Positions 49,206-60,592 of a DNA stretch of 64,000 nt are shown one piece after another. Both the position numbers and the translations under genes were made by a program. The notes under the pieces are model-generated. The model saw nothing but the letters and a program-made list of their open reading frames with translations, did not search any database and had not been told where the DNA came from. The stretch is from an uncultured delta proteobacterium. GTDB taxonomy: Bacteria; Desulfobacterota; RBG-13-43-22. The stretch's first letter is position 1, and each line of letters opens with the position of its first letter. The stretch lies in the NCBI GenBank assembly GCA_963790475.1, contig CAWBOS010000013.1:256001-320000 (forward strand), in the 5' to 3' direction.

Positions 49206-49940
49206 CTAATCCTTTTCTTTTAACTTCCGTATTATCTTCCGTTCTTCCGGACTCAAACAATCTTCTTCTATCAGATTGGGACGCCGTTTTAGGGTTTTGT
49301 TCAAAGATTGACGACGCCTCCAGGCTCGAATCTTTTCATGGTCCCCGGAGAATAGAATTTCGGGAACACCATGCCCTTTAAAATTTCGGGGTCTGGTAAA
49401 CTGGGGGTATTCCAATAACCCCTCTTCAAAAGATTCTTCCTTACCCGAATCGGAACAACCCATGACCTCGGGAATCAACCGGATCAAGGCGTCTAATAGA
49501 ACCAGGGCCGCCGGTTCCCCGCCGCTCAGGACATAGTCCCCGATCGATATCTGTTCATCACAGAAAAAATCGGCAATCCGTTCGTCAACCCCCTCGTACC
49601 TCCCGCAGATCAGGATGATTCGCGGACAGAGAACCAGTTCTTTCACCCGTGATTGTTTCAGGGGAGTCCCCTGAGGGGTTAAAAGGATTACCCAAGGCTG
49701 AGGTCCTGGCAAGCCTTTCAGCCAGGTTAAGGCCCGGAAGATGGGCTCGGGTTTCAACACCATCCCCGCCCCACCGCCGAAAGGCCGGTCATCCACCGTG
49801 CGATGTCGATCCCCGGCAAAGTCCCTCAGATTGAATATCCGGATCCGGACCCGCCCCTTCTCGACCCCCCGGTGAAGGATTCCTTCTCTTAAAGGAGAAA
49901 AAAAATGACCGGGGAAGAGGGTCAGAATATCAACTATCAT
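49206..49940 (-). CDS. trmD: tRNA m1G37 methyltransferase
   Basis: LTLFP, VDDRPFGGGAGM, CGRYEGVDER, SIGDYVLSGGE. Confidence 0.97.
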   Translation of the reverse strand: MIVDILTLFPGHFFSPLREGILHRGVEKGRVRIRIFNLRDFAGDRHRTVDDRPFGGGAGMVLKPEPIFRALTWLKGLPGPQPWVILLTPQGTPLKQSRVKELVLCPRIILICGRYEGVDERIADFFCDEQISIGDYVLSGGEPAALVLLDALIRLIPEVMGCSDSGKEESFEEGLLEYPQFTRPRNFKGHGVPEILFSGDHEKIRAWRRRQSLNKTLKRRPNLIEEDCLSPEERKIIRKLKEKD

Positions 49941-50466
49941 TTCCCGTATCATTACCCCAAGTGGGATCATACAAATTCCGGACCCGGATTTGTCTTTGGG
50001 GCAGGTCAACCGAAATCACGAAGTCCTCGACGGCCGGAAGCATTAATTCCTTTTTGTCGTCCCGAATGACCCAGATGTCATGAGCCGGGGTTGAAAATAT
50101 CTCCTCCAGGAGACCTAAAAATCGGCCCTGATCGGTATAAACTCGGCTTCCTATCAGTTGGTACCAGTAATATTCTCCCTCTGGAAGGGCTTGGAGATCC
50201 TTCTCGTCAATGTATAAAGAATAGCCACTTATTGCCTCAGCCTGCTCACGAGTATCCAGCCCTTGAAAATGAAGGAGCAATGAACGGGCCTGAATTTTCA
50301 CTTCCGAGATCAACAGGGCTTTCATTTCTTGGTCTTGATTCAAATAGATTTTACGCCCGACAAAGAAACTCTCATAAGAAGAGGCGTAAGAATAAACCTT
50401 CACCTGGCCGCGCAGCCCATGAGGTTTGGCCACCTTGCCGATCAACAGAAAGTCCGATTTCATCAA
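49930..50466 (-). CDS. rimM: Ribosome maturation factor
   Basis: IGKVAKPHGLRG, EYYWYQLIG; synteny. Confidence 0.95.
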   Translation of the reverse strand: MMKSDFLLIGKVAKPHGLRGQVKVYSYASSYESFFVGRKIYLNQDQEMKALLISEVKIQARSLLLHFQGLDTREQAEAISGYSLYIDEKDLQALPEGEYYWYQLIGSRVYTDQGRFLGLLEEIFSTPAHDIWVIRDDKKELMLPAVEDFVISVDLPQRQIRVRNLYDPTWGNDTGNDS

Positions 50467-50481
50467 CTCAGGATGGTTTAT

Positions 50482-50712
50482 TTATTCCAGGATTTCCAGA
50501 ACCGATCTTTTCCTGATCTTGGTGGAAGCAGCACTCAAGATAGTTCTCATAGCTCTGGCGGTTCGGCCCTGTTTGCCTATGACCTTGCCCAGATCCTCCT
50601 TGGCAACTTTTAATTCGATTACCGAAGTTTGCTCGCCTTCTATTTCATTCACTTCCACCTGATCCGGATGATCCACCAACGCCTTAGCAATGTACTTTAC
50701 CAAGTCCTTCAT
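50482..50712 (-). CDS. khpA: KH domain RNA-binding protein
   Basis: [13 protein letters not shown]; synteny. Confidence 0.93.
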   Translation of the reverse strand: MKDLVKYIAKALVDHPDQVEVNEIEGEQTSVIELKVAKEDLGKVIGKQGRTARAMRTILSAASTKIRKRSVLEILE

Positions 50713-50859
50713 GCCGCTACCTCCTCCTTTTGAGTTGCCGGTTTCCCATTATAGACTGATTCCGCTTAGGTACTCTGGTTATCAGTCAACCAGTGGATCT
50801 ATGCCAGTGAATCGGTTATTATCACAGGAGAGGGTGAGGTGTTTCGCCTCTACAACTTC

Positions 50860-51108
50860 TTATCCCTTAAGTACGCCGCTGCTGCGAATCAAATTTTTAA
50901 CGGTCGTGGTCGGTTCGGCCCCCACTGAAAGCCATTTTTTCAACACGTCCGGTTTCCAGGAAACCGCCGCCGGTTCCTTATTGGGGTCGTAGGTTCCGAC
51001 GATCTCAATAAAGCGGCCGTCTCTCGGGGACTGGGAATCAGCCACCACCATCCGATAATAAGGCTTTTTCTTGGCCCCCATTCGGGCCAATCTAATCTTT
51101 GCTGCCAT
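50860..51108 (-). CDS. rpsP: 30S ribosomal protein S16
   Basis: [16 protein letters not shown]. Confidence 0.98.
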   Translation of the reverse strand: MAAKIRLARMGAKKKPYYRMVVADSQSPRDGRFIEIVGTYDPNKEPAAVSWKPDVLKKWLSVGAEPTTTVKNLIRSSGVLKG

Positions 51109-51156
51109 AATAGTTATGCTCCTTTTTCCCTTCCCTTATAGTGTAACTAAAAACCA

Positions 51157-52488
51157 TTAAAAAGGCAAGTATCCTCTTTGGGCGGCTTTTCGGCCCCCCT
51201 TGCTGAATTGCTTGAGCATCTTCTGCATCTGCTCAAAATTTTTAAGCATTTTATTGACTTCCTGAACCGTGGTCCCGCTCCCCTTGGCGATACGCCGGCG
51301 CCGGCTTCCGTTGATGATCTGATAGCTTCTTCGTTCTTCAAGGGTCATGGAATTGATAATGGCTTCCGTCCGAACCAATTCCTTTTCATCGGGCTTCATA
51401 TCTTTTAAGCCCTTGACCCGGTTTATGCCCGGGATCATCTGAATCATCTGTTCCAAAGAACCCATTTTTTTAATCTGCTTAAGCTGATCTTTAAAATCGT
51501 CCAGGGTGAAGGTTTCCTTGCGAATCTTCTTCTCTAAGGCCAGGGCCTGCTTTTCGTCAAAATGGATTTGGGCCTTTTCGATCAGGGAAAGGACGTCCCC
51601 CATTCCCAGGATGCGGGAGGCCATCCGGTCGGGATGAAAAGGTTCCAGGGCATCCAATTTTTCTCCAACGCCGATGAATTTTATCGGTTTTTGGATGACC
51701 GATTTGATGGACAAAGCGGCCCCTCCCCGGGCATCCCCCTCCATCTTAGTCAGGATGATCCCGGTTAATCCCAGCCATTCATTGAATTTCTGGGCGACGT
51801 TGACGGCGTCCTGGCCAGTCATGGCATCTGCGACCAGAAGGATTTCATTAGGCCGGACCTGTTCCTTGATTTTTTTAAGTTCCTCCATCAAGGTTTGGTC
51901 AATGTGTAAACGGCCGGCGGTATCCAGGAGCAGGGGATTTAACCCATTTTGCTTCCCCCATTCCATGGCCGAAAGACAGATATCCACCGGATTATTCCGG
52001 GGATCTGAGGGATAGACTTCAACCCCGGCTTGTTCACCCACCTTATGCAGTTGGGCAATGGCCGCCGGCCGATAGACATCCGCCGGAACCAGCCCTGGTC
52101 GAAAATTTTTTTCTTTCAAATATAAGGCCAGTTTTCCGGCCGTGGTCGTTTTTCCGGAACCTTGAAGGCCGGACAGCATTATGGCCACCGGGGCACGTCC
52201 GGCCAAGTTAAGATCCTGCCTGGCCCCGCCCATGAGCTCGGTCAGCTCTTCTTGCACAATCTTAATCACCTGCTGAGCCGGGGTGAGACTGGCCAGGACC
52301 TCTTGTCCCAAAGACCTTTCCTTGACCCGGTCAACAAACTCCTTGGCCACTCTGTAATGGACATCGGCTTCGAGCAAGGCCAGACGGACCTCCCGAAGCC
52401 CTTCCTTCATATTGGCTTCGCTTAATTTGCCCTGGCCTTTCAATTTTTTAAAAGTCAGGTTTAAACGCTCAGTTAAGGACTCAAACAT
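51157..52488 (-). CDS. ffh: Signal recognition particle protein
   Basis: GLQGSGKTT, DTAGR, DGDARGGAALS equivalent, M domain. Confidence 0.98.
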   Translation of the reverse strand: MFESLTERLNLTFKKLKGQGKLSEANMKEGLREVRLALLEADVHYRVAKEFVDRVKERSLGQEVLASLTPAQQVIKIVQEELTELMGGARQDLNLAGRAPVAIMLSGLQGSGKTTTAGKLALYLKEKNFRPGLVPADVYRPAAIAQLHKVGEQAGVEVYPSDPRNNPVDICLSAMEWGKQNGLNPLLLDTAGRLHIDQTLMEELKKIKEQVRPNEILLVADAMTGQDAVNVAQKFNEWLGLTGIILTKMEGDARGGAALSIKSVIQKPIKFIGVGEKLDALEPFHPDRMASRILGMGDVLSLIEKAQIHFDEKQALALEKKIRKETFTLDDFKDQLKQIKKMGSLEQMIQMIPGINRVKGLKDMKPDEKELVRTEAIINSMTLEERRSYQIINGSRRRRIAKGSGTTVQEVNKMLKNFEQMQKMLKQFSKGGRKAAQRGYLPF

Positions 52489-52738
52489 TGGCGATCTTTC
52501 AAAAAGTTATAAATTTTTAATTTTATTATCTATTTTATATAATGTCAAGATATTTTTATTAATTTCTAATTAAATGAGGCCAACTTTGATACTCCTCATA
52601 AAAAGTTAAAAAGTAGCCTTTTAAGAGGATATCAAAGAGGTAACCCCCTTGTTTTTCCGAAAGAATTTCTTTTTAATTTGCTTAGCCCTGATATTTTTGC
52701 TATTTTCCGATATCATCGACTTAAATCAGGATGTTTAA

Positions 52739-53935
52739 ATGCCCTTTTGGAGAACCGATAACCCCGATCATATCTTAATCCCCTTTATTGAAGGAGATGG
52801 AATCGGCCCGGATATCTGGCGGGCCACCAGGCCGGTTTTGGAGACCGCAGTCCGAAAAGCCTACGGAGGACTTCGGCGAGTGGAGTGGCTGGAAGTCCTG
52901 GCCGGAGAGAAAGCCTATTCTCAGACCGGCCAATGGCTGCCGAAGCCAACCATAGACGCTATCCGTCAGTTCGGTCTGGCCTTAAAAGGCCCTTTGACCA
53001 CTCCGATAGGTCAGGGGATCCGGAGCCTCAATGTCCAGATCAGGCAGGTCTTGGATCTTTATGTCTGCCTCCGGCCGGTCCGTTATTTTGCCGGGGTACC
53101 CAGCCCCATGCGTCATCCCGAATTGGTGAATATGGTCATCTTTAGAGAAAATACCGAGGACGTCTATTCCGGCATCGAATGGCCGGCAGAAAGTGCCGAG
53201 GCCATAGAACTGAGCGAATGGATCGCCAAGAAAACCGGCAGGAAATTAAACCCTGACTCAGGGATCGGCATCAAGCCGATCAGTCGCACGGGAACCCAGC
53301 GCCTGGTTCGCCGGGCCATCGAATATGCCTTACGCCGCAACAAACCGAGTGTCACCCTGGTCCATAAGGGTAACATCATGAAATTTACCGAGGGGGCCTT
53401 TCGCACTTGGGGTTATGAACTGGCGCAGAAAGAATTCCCCAATGAAACCCTGACTGAAGCGGAATTTGACCGGCAACCCGATGGCCAACACTCTCTGACA
53501 AAGGTCATCATCAAGGACCGGATTGCCGACATGATGTTCCAGCAGGTCCTGTTGCGTCCGGCCGAATACTCGGTCATTGCCACCGGTAATCTGAACGGGG
53601 ATTATCTTTCCGATGCCCTGGCGGCCCAGGTTGGGGGCTTGGGCATGGCCCCGGGGGCCAACCTGGGAGATGATTGCGCAGTCTTTGAAGCCACCCACGG
53701 CTCGGCCCCTCAATATGCCGGCCTGGACAAGGTAAACCCAGGGTCTTTGATCCTTTCCGGTGCCCTGCTCTTGGAACATCTGGGCTGGCAGGAAGCAGCG
53801 GACTTGATTTATGCGGCTATTCAAAGGACCATCTCGGAAGGCGTGGTCACCTATGATCTGGCCCGCCAAATGGCTGGCGCCCATGAGGTCTCATGTTCCC
53901 AATTTGGTCAGTCTCTAATCGAGCGCCTGGAATAA
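52739..53935 (+). CDS. icd: NADP-dependent isocitrate dehydrogenase
   Basis: IEGDGIG, KGPLTTP, HKGNIMK, NGDYLSD, EATHG. Confidence 0.96.
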   Translation: MPFWRTDNPDHILIPFIEGDGIGPDIWRATRPVLETAVRKAYGGLRRVEWLEVLAGEKAYSQTGQWLPKPTIDAIRQFGLALKGPLTTPIGQGIRSLNVQIRQVLDLYVCLRPVRYFAGVPSPMRHPELVNMVIFRENTEDVYSGIEWPAESAEAIELSEWIAKKTGRKLNPDSGIGIKPISRTGTQRLVRRAIEYALRRNKPSVTLVHKGNIMKFTEGAFRTWGYELAQKEFPNETLTEAEFDRQPDGQHSLTKVIIKDRIADMMFQQVLLRPAEYSVIATGNLNGDYLSDALAAQVGGLGMAPGANLGDDCAVFEATHGSAPQYAGLDKVNPGSLILSGALLLEHLGWQEAADLIYAAIQRTISEGVVTYDLARQMAGAHEVSCSQFGQSLIERLE

Positions 53936-54658
53936 ATCGTTCTTGGCGGTCCGGATTCATTTCCCTCTTCTTCCCGGAGAAATGCCATTTTTGCCGTACC
54001 TTATTAAATATCCAGGGCGAAGAAATTCCCGGACTGTGCCCGGCCTGCGAAAAAGATATTCAATGGATGCTTCCCCCCTATTGTCCCCGCTGCGGCAAGC
54101 CGTTCCCCAGAGGATCGACTTCTCACTTATGTTCCGATTGCCTCCGACAAAAGCTTTCCTTTGATTGGGGCCGGGCGGCGGCCATGTATCAAGGCGTTCT
54201 GGCGGAGGCCATCCAGCGGTTTAAATATCATGGAGAGGTCAATCTTGCCGGCCCCCTAAGTTGGTTCTGGAACAAAATAAATTTAGAAGAATTTATCCTT
54301 TGAGGCCATCATCCCGGTTCCGCTTCACCCCTCCCGCCTGCGGGAAAGGGGCTTTAATCAATCCCTTCTGTTAGGAAAAACCCTGGGCAAAATTCACAAT
54401 AAAAAGGTCTTGGCCGGAGCACTCCGGCGTATCAGGAATACCATCCCCCAGGTTCAACTTGACCATTCGGAACGGGAAAAGAATGTCCGTGGGGCCTTTG
54501 CCGTCAGGAACCAGGAGGAAATAATGGACAAACGCTTTCTTTTGGTTGATGATGTCTTTACCACCGGGGCGACGGTTAATGAATGCGCCCGGGTTTTAAA
54601 AAAATCCGGGGCCAAGGAAATCATTGTTTTGACCCTGGCCCGGGTAGGAGCGGAATGA
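53893..54658 (+). CDS. comF: ComF family protein, +1 frameshift near 54292; start uncertain
   Basis: Double zinc ribbon, then [24 protein letters not shown] in the next frame. Confidence 0.82.
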
Positions 54659-55146
54659 AAAATAAAATTATCTCTCGCTCTCAGATTGCCGGATTAATCA
54701 GCGATCTCAAAAAGAAGAGACAAAAAATCGTCTTTACTAATGGATGTTTTGATCTCCTCCATGTCGGGCACGTCCGCTATCTTCAGGAGGCCAGGGCCCT
54801 GGGAGACTGCCTGGTTATCGGTTTAAACAGCGATCAATCCGTGCGACTGATTAAAGATCCGGCTCGTCCATTAATATCGGAAGACCAGCGAGCCGAGGTT
54901 TTGGCCGCCCTGGAATGTGTCGGATATGTAGTTCTCTTTGACGAGGCCGATCCCTTCGCCTTGATCGATGAAGTCAGGCCCGACGTCCTGGTTAAAGGGG
55001 CGGACTGGTCCATGGACAAAATTATCGGGGCCGACCTGGTGAGCTCCTATGGCGGGGAAGTGCGAAGGGTGGACCTGGTACCTTCGATTTCCACCTCGGA
55101 AATCATCAACAGGATTATTTCCCGCTATAGTAAAAGTGACGCCTGA
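54655..55146 (+). CDS. rfaE2: D-glycero-beta-D-manno-heptose 1-phosphate adenylyltransferase
   Basis: FTNGCFDLLHVGH, GLNSD, LVKGADW. Confidence 0.93.
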   Translation: MKNKIISRSQIAGLISDLKKKRQKIVFTNGCFDLLHVGHVRYLQEARALGDCLVIGLNSDQSVRLIKDPARPLISEDQRAEVLAALECVGYVVLFDEADPFALIDEVRPDVLVKGADWSMDKIIGADLVSSYGGEVRRVDLVPSISTSEIINRIISRYSKSDA

Positions 55147-55161
55147 GGGTCATTTCTCTTG

Positions 55162-55383
55162 TTAACGTTTGAAAAGGGAAAATAAGAGGGTTAAAAGAAT
55201 ACTGATGATGATACAGGTGGTGATAGGAAAATAAAAAGAAACTTTCTCTCCCTTAAAGAATATATCTCCGGGCAATCTCCCGATCCAGGGGATCTTGGGC
55301 CAGAGGAGGAAAATCGTACCGACCCCGACCAGGATCAGACCAATAATGAGGAGTGCCTTTCCTAAGCCATCAAAGGAATTCAA
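55162..55383 (-). CDS. DUF2905 family membrane protein
   Basis: GRLPGDI, FYFPITTCIIIS. Confidence 0.88.
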   Translation of the reverse strand: MNSFDGLGKALLIIGLILVGVGTIFLLWPKIPWIGRLPGDIFFKGEKVSFYFPITTCIIISILLTLLFSLFKR

Positions 55384-55694
55384 CTTTTCTTACATACCCT
55401 TTCCATTTTTTTATACATATTTTATTTTAACTTCTTTCCCTGCCAAGTGTCAATAACCTTTAAAATCCCCCGAGTTAGTATGAATAAGCATTCGTCAGTC
55501 AGCATCGGCGTCCTTACTTTTTGCTTCGCGGGGCCACTTCAGGCCGGCATGAGGATTTATGCCAAAATCCTTCAGAGTTTTTCCGTCACCGGAAAGAACT
55601 ATTGATTTTTTCACAATTCGTCCTTATTATACAACAAAGTTGTAACCGTTGAAAAAGGAAGTAAAAAAAGGATAAGCGAGGAGGGAAGCGGGCC

Positions 55695-56090
55695 ATGTCC
55701 GAGAATGAAGAAAAAGGCTTTGTATTTAAGGACCGCAGGAAAATGTTTTCTGAATCAGATCAAAAACCTGAGGTGGGGGAAAAACCCCCGGAGGAGGAGA
55801 AGGTTCAGGAAAAAGCTGAACAGAAAGAACCCCCTCCACACCCGCCCCTGCCCGAGGTCAATTTCTCCACTTTTATAATCTCTTTGAGCACCGAGGTCTT
55901 GTTTCATTTAGGGGAATTCCCTCATCCCGTTTCAGGGGAAAAGCAAAAGGATCTGCCCCTGGCCAAACACGCTATCGATACCCTGGCCATGCTGAAAGAA
56001 AAAACCCAGGGTAATCTATCCGATGAAGAACAACAACTCTTGGAAGGTATGTTATACGATTTGCGTATGGCCTTTATCCGAACATCATAA
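55695..56090 (+). CDS. DUF1844 family protein
   Basis: FSTFIISL, IDTLAMLKEKTQGNL. Confidence 0.88.
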   Translation: MSENEEKGFVFKDRRKMFSESDQKPEVGEKPPEEEKVQEKAEQKEPPPHPPLPEVNFSTFIISLSTEVLFHLGEFPHPVSGEKQKDLPLAKHAIDTLAMLKEKTQGNLSDEEQQLLEGMLYDLRMAFIRTS

Positions 56091-56135
56091 AAGAACCATT
56101 TCGGAATTTTCGTATTACATCAGGAGGACATTGGA

Positions 56136-57603
56136 ATGTCAGAAAATTTTAAAAAACACCGTTATTTATGGACGCTGGCCGGGGTTTCTCTGCTGTCGCT
56201 GATTGCCGGGTTAATCATCGCCGCCAACCTGAACTGGACCAATCCTCTATCAGCCAAAACTGAAGTCCCGACCGTCGGAGGACTTCCCTCTTTCGCCGAT
56301 TTGGCTCAGGCAGCCTCCCCGGCTGTGGTCAATATCAGCACCACCAAAACGGTCAAAGGGGGGGGGCGTGTCTTTGACTTCTTTCAGGGCCCGAGAGATC
56401 GAAGAAATCCAATGGATGATTTTTTTGAGAGATTTTTCGGAGGAGATATCCCCCAACCAAGAGAACACAAACAAAAAAGCCTGGGCTCAGGGTTCATTAT
56501 CGACGAGGAAGGGCATATCCTGACCAACAACCATGTCGTTGAGGACGCCGATGAAATCAAGGTTATCTTAAAAGACCACAAGGAATTCGATGCCAAAGTC
56601 ATCGGCCGGGATGCCAAGACCGATCTGGCTTTGATCAAGATTAAATCCTGGAAAGGGCTTCAACTGATAAAACTCGGAAATTCCGATGAGCTCCGGGTCG
56701 GCGATTGGGTTAGTGGCTATCGGCAATCCCTTCGGCCTGGACCATACGGTTACGGCCGGCATCGTCAGTGCCAAGGGCCGGGTAATCGGGGCCGGGCCTT
56801 ATGACAATTTTATTCAGACCGATGCCTCCATCAATCCCGGAAACAGCGGGGGCCCCCTGATTAATCTCAAAGGAGAAGTGATCGGGATCAACACGGCCAT
56901 TTTCGCCGGCGGCCAGGGCATCGGATTCGCCATCCCCATCAATACGGCCAAAGAACTTATTACTCAATTAAAAGATAAAGGTAAAGTCACCCGCGGCTGG
57001 CTGGGAGTCATGATCCAAAAAGTGACCCCGGACCTGGCCAAATCGTTTAACCTCAAAGATGAGTCCGGCGCCCTGGTCGGAGATGTTACCCCCGGAAGCC
57101 CGGCAGACAAGGTGGGCATAAAACCAGGGGATATCATCATTGAATTTGACAATAAGCCCATCAAAGAAATGAATGAACTCCCGCGACTGGTAGCGGCTGT
57201 TCCGGTGGGTAAGACGGTGGAGGTCAAGGTCTTACGAGACGGTAAGCCTCAAACCTTCAAAGTCCAGGTTCAAGAATTGGATGACAAACAATTAGCCACC
57301 GGTCCTTCACAAACCAAAGAAAGTATGGGACTCTCCGTTCGGGAGTTCACGCCCGAACTGGCCCGACGTTTCAGGATGGATTATGAACCGGGCATCCTGA
57401 TCATCGAGGTTCAGGAGGGAAGCCCGGCTGAAGAAGCTGGCATTCAAGAAGGAGATTTAATTAAAGAAGTAAACCGAAAACCGGTCAAGGACCTTAAAAC
57501 CTATCAAACCCAGATCGGCGGCATTAAAAAAGGAGGGAATGTTCTTTTCCGGATCAAACGGGGAGGGATGAATCTCTTTGTCAGTCTTCGTCTGGGAGAA
57601 TAA
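56136..57603 (+). CDS. DegP/DegQ serine protease with two PDZ domains, +1 frameshift near 56710
   Basis: LGSGFII, TNNHV, TDLAL, then IGNPFG, GNSGGPL in the next frame. Confidence 0.9.
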
Positions 57604-57644
57604 AAGATTCTCTATTAAGGAATCTTAACATTTCTTTCCAACTT

Positions 57645-57708
57645 TTCCAATTGGAGTAATGGAGTACTGATTCTATTAGTCCATTACTCCAACACTCCAT
57701 TTTTCCAA
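57645..57708. repeat. Hairpin of 8-mer tandem repeats
   Basis: TGGAGTAA-TGGAGTAC arm versus TTACTCCA-ACACTCCA arm. Confidence 0.7.
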
Positions 57709-57771
57709 CTTATTTTTTCCCTCTTTTTAGGTTCAAGGAATAATTTTCAAAAATTCATAATCCGGTTTTTT

Positions 57772-58632
57772 ATGAAACCCATATCCGAAGGTATCAAAAT
57801 CCTGGCCCCGGCCAAAGTTAATCTTTTTCTGGAAATTCTCGGAAAAAGGGCCGACGGTTATCACGAAATCCGGTCTCTGATACAGCCGATCCGTTTATTC
57901 GATACCCTCTGGATCGAAGCCGGATCCCAGGGTCCTGAAATCCATTGTCCCAGCCATCGGGAATTGGAAAATAAATCCAATCTGGCCCTTCGCGCCATCC
58001 ATCTTCTGGAAAAAGAGTTGAACCGCACTTTGCCTTTTTCGGTTCGGTTAATAAAAAAGATCCCCATCGGAGGCGGTTTGGGTGGGGGGAGCAGTGACGC
58101 CGCGGCTGTTTTAACCGGTATAAACCAATTGTTAGGGGAGCCGGTTCGACCGGAACGTTTGCGGGCCTTAGCCGCTCAAATCGGATCGGACGTCCCCTTC
58201 TTTTTATCTAGCGAAACAGCCCTGGCTTTGGGACGGGGGGAACGGATAGAGCCCTGGCCGGCCTTTCCTTCCTGGTGGTATGTCTTGATTTACCCGGGGT
58301 TTTCCATTTCAACATCCTGGGCCTACGATCATGTAAAATTCCCGTTGACAAGGGGTGAAAAATCAATTAACATTGAAAGGTTAAAGGCCACTAAAGATAT
58401 TAGGGGGAAAGAACGGTTAATAAACGATCTGGAAGAAGTCATCCGGCCTTTCTTCCCCATAGTCGGAGAAATCAAAAAAGCCTTATTGGAACAGGGGGCC
58501 TTCCAGGCCCTGATGAGCGGCAGCGGCTCTACTGTTTTTGGAATCTGGGAGACCAAGAAAAAGGCCCAGGAAGCCTATCTTCATCTGAAAGAACAAGGAT
58601 GGGGAGAAGTCTTTATGGTTAGGGGTTTATAG
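57772..58632 (+). CDS. ispE: CDP-ME kinase
   Basis: APAKVNL, GGGLGGGSSDAA, GSDVPFF, MSGSGS. Confidence 0.96.
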   Translation: MKPISEGIKILAPAKVNLFLEILGKRADGYHEIRSLIQPIRLFDTLWIEAGSQGPEIHCPSHRELENKSNLALRAIHLLEKELNRTLPFSVRLIKKIPIGGGLGGGSSDAAAVLTGINQLLGEPVRPERLRALAAQIGSDVPFFLSSETALALGRGERIEPWPAFPSWWYVLIYPGFSISTSWAYDHVKFPLTRGEKSINIERLKATKDIRGKERLINDLEEVIRPFFPIVGEIKKALLEQGAFQALMSGSGSTVFGIWETKKKAQEAYLHLKEQGWGEVFMVRGL

Positions 58633-58641
58633 AAATACAGA

Positions 58642-58716
58642 ACGCGGAGACACGGAGAAGCGGAGAGGAAGGGCCGGGAAGTATTCCCCGTGTCTCCCCT
58701 TCTCCCTATCACCGGG
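58642..58716. repeat. Hairpin of 8-mer tandem repeats
   Basis: CGCGGAGA-CACGGAGA-AGCGGAGA arm versus TCCCCGTG-TCTCCCCT-TCTCCCTA arm. Confidence 0.7.
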
Positions 58717-58753
58717 TCGGAATGATTATTAACTTTCATAATTTTTAAAGAAT

Positions 58754-58828
58754 TGGGGTGTCGGCAAGCGGTAAGCCACGGGTCTTTGGAACCCGCATTC
58801 GGAGGTTCGAATCCTCCCACCCCAGCCA
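58754..58828 (+). tRNA. tRNA-Gln(TTG)
   Basis: Acceptor TGGGGTG/CACCCCA, anticodon loop CTTTGGA, GGTTCGAATCC, encoded CCA; ispE-tRNA-prs synteny. Confidence 0.97.
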
Positions 58829-58895
58829 ATTTTTTTTCGGATTTTCGGAATCGGGTTTACAACAGTAAAATTCATCAGGGTGGTGGCCGGGAAAA

Positions 58896-59837
58896 ATGGA
58901 TAATCAAATGAAATTATTTACAGGCAATTCAAATCCCCAATTGGCGGAAAAAATCTGTTCCTATCTGCAGATGGACCTGGGAGCCATTCAAGTCAGGCGA
59001 TTCAGCGACGGGGAGATTTTTGTTGAAATAGGTGAAAACGTCCGCGGCAAAGATATTTTTGTCATGCAATCCACCTGCTCTCCGGTCAATGACAATCTGA
59101 TGGAACTTTTAATCATTATGGATGCCCTCCGCAGGGCTTCGGCTCGACGGATGACTGCGGTTATGCCTTATTACGGCTATGCCCGCCAGGACCGCAAGGT
59201 CGCACCCCGGGTTCCCATCACGGCCAAATTAGTGGCTGATTTGATTACCGCCTCCGGCACCAGGAGGGTATTGACCATGGACCTTCATGCCGGGCAGATT
59301 CAAGGTTTTTTTAATATCCCCGTGGACAACCTTTTTGCCGCTCCGGTACTGCTGGAGTATATCAAAGAAAATTTTCAAAACAATCTGGTGATCGTCTCCC
59401 CCGATGTGGGAGGGGTGGAGCGGGCCAGGGCCTTTGCCAAAAGACTCAATGCCCAGATCGCCATCATTGATAAGCGTCGAGACCGACCAAACTCCTCTGA
59501 AGTTATGAATATTGTCGGCAAGGTGGAGGGTTGCAACGTCATCCTTTTGGATGACATGGTGGACACTGCCGGGACCCTGGCCAAAGCCGCCGTGGCTTTA
59601 TCCGAACAGGGGGCAAAAAAAGTATTTGCCTGTGTCACCCATCCGGTGCTTTCTGGTCCGGCCGTGCACCGGATTATGGATTCCCCTATGGATCAATTGG
59701 TGGTTACCGATACTATTCCCTTACAGGGCAGGGCCGCTACATGTCCTAAAATCAAAGTGCTGACCGTAGCCCCTCTCCTGGGAGAGGCGATTCGAAGGAT
59801 TCATGACGAGGACTCGGTCAGTTCTTTGTTCGTTTAA
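58896..59837 (+). CDS. prs: Ribose-phosphate pyrophosphokinase
   Basis: [32 protein letters not shown]. Confidence 0.98.
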   Translation: MDNQMKLFTGNSNPQLAEKICSYLQMDLGAIQVRRFSDGEIFVEIGENVRGKDIFVMQSTCSPVNDNLMELLIIMDALRRASARRMTAVMPYYGYARQDRKVAPRVPITAKLVADLITASGTRRVLTMDLHAGQIQGFFNIPVDNLFAAPVLLEYIKENFQNNLVIVSPDVGGVERARAFAKRLNAQIAIIDKRRDRPNSSEVMNIVGKVEGCNVILLDDMVDTAGTLAKAAVALSEQGAKKVFACVTHPVLSGPAVHRIMDSPMDQLVVTDTIPLQGRAATCPKIKVLTVAPLLGEAIRRIHDEDSVSSLFV

Positions 59838-59927
59838 CAGGATACTGAAACGGTTTGACCGGGCGGTAAGAATAAGTTTTTCGTAGTTCAATACTAAAAG
59901 TATAAAAGGAAAGGGAGTTAATACATT

Positions 59928-60584
59928 ATGGAACAAGTAGCCATAGAAAGTTTTGTTAGAAAGCCCTCCGGCAAAGGCGGGGCCCGCACCTTGCGGCGAA
60001 CCGGGGCTATCCCGGCAATTTTTTACGGACCGGAGACCGAATCGATCCCTATTCAGGTAACCAAAAGCTCTCTGGAGAAAACCTTAAAAAAACAATCCAG
60101 TGAAAATATCCTTTATCAGTTGACCATCAAAGGAAATGACCCGGAGATAGTTAAAACGGCCATGCTCAAAGAACTTCAACAAAACCCTATTGATCGGGAG
60201 ATCCTCCATCTCGACTTTTATGAGGTATCCCTATTCAAGGAAATCGATGTCACGGTCGGGCTGAAGATCATAGGTAAGGCCGTCGGGGTGGAAAAAGGTG
60301 GAATCCTCCAGGAAATATCACGGGATTTGGAAATTCGCTGTCTGCCTACCAATATCCCCAATCATATTGAGGTGGATGTGACTGCTCTGGATATCGGGGA
60401 TTCCATCCATGTCAGTGATATCAAATTGCCTGAAGGAATTCTTGTCCTCTCCGATGCCCATCTCACTCTGGTTACCGTGGTTCAGCCGATAGAAGAAAAA
60501 CCCGCGGCCGAGGAGCCCGCTCCCGAACCCGAGGTGGAAGTGGCCACTAAGAAAGGCAAAGCCAAAACCGAGGCAGAGGGGTAA
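59928..60584 (+). CDS. rplY: 50S ribosomal protein L25/Ctc
   Basis: IPAIFYG, HLDFY, LDIGDSIHV. Confidence 0.95.
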   Translation: MEQVAIESFVRKPSGKGGARTLRRTGAIPAIFYGPETESIPIQVTKSSLEKTLKKQSSENILYQLTIKGNDPEIVKTAMLKELQQNPIDREILHLDFYEVSLFKEIDVTVGLKIIGKAVGVEKGGILQEISRDLEIRCLPTNIPNHIEVDVTALDIGDSIHVSDIKLPEGILVLSDAHLTLVTVVQPIEEKPAAEEPAPEPEVEVATKKGKAKTEAEG

Positions 60585-60592
60585 CCTTCCCG

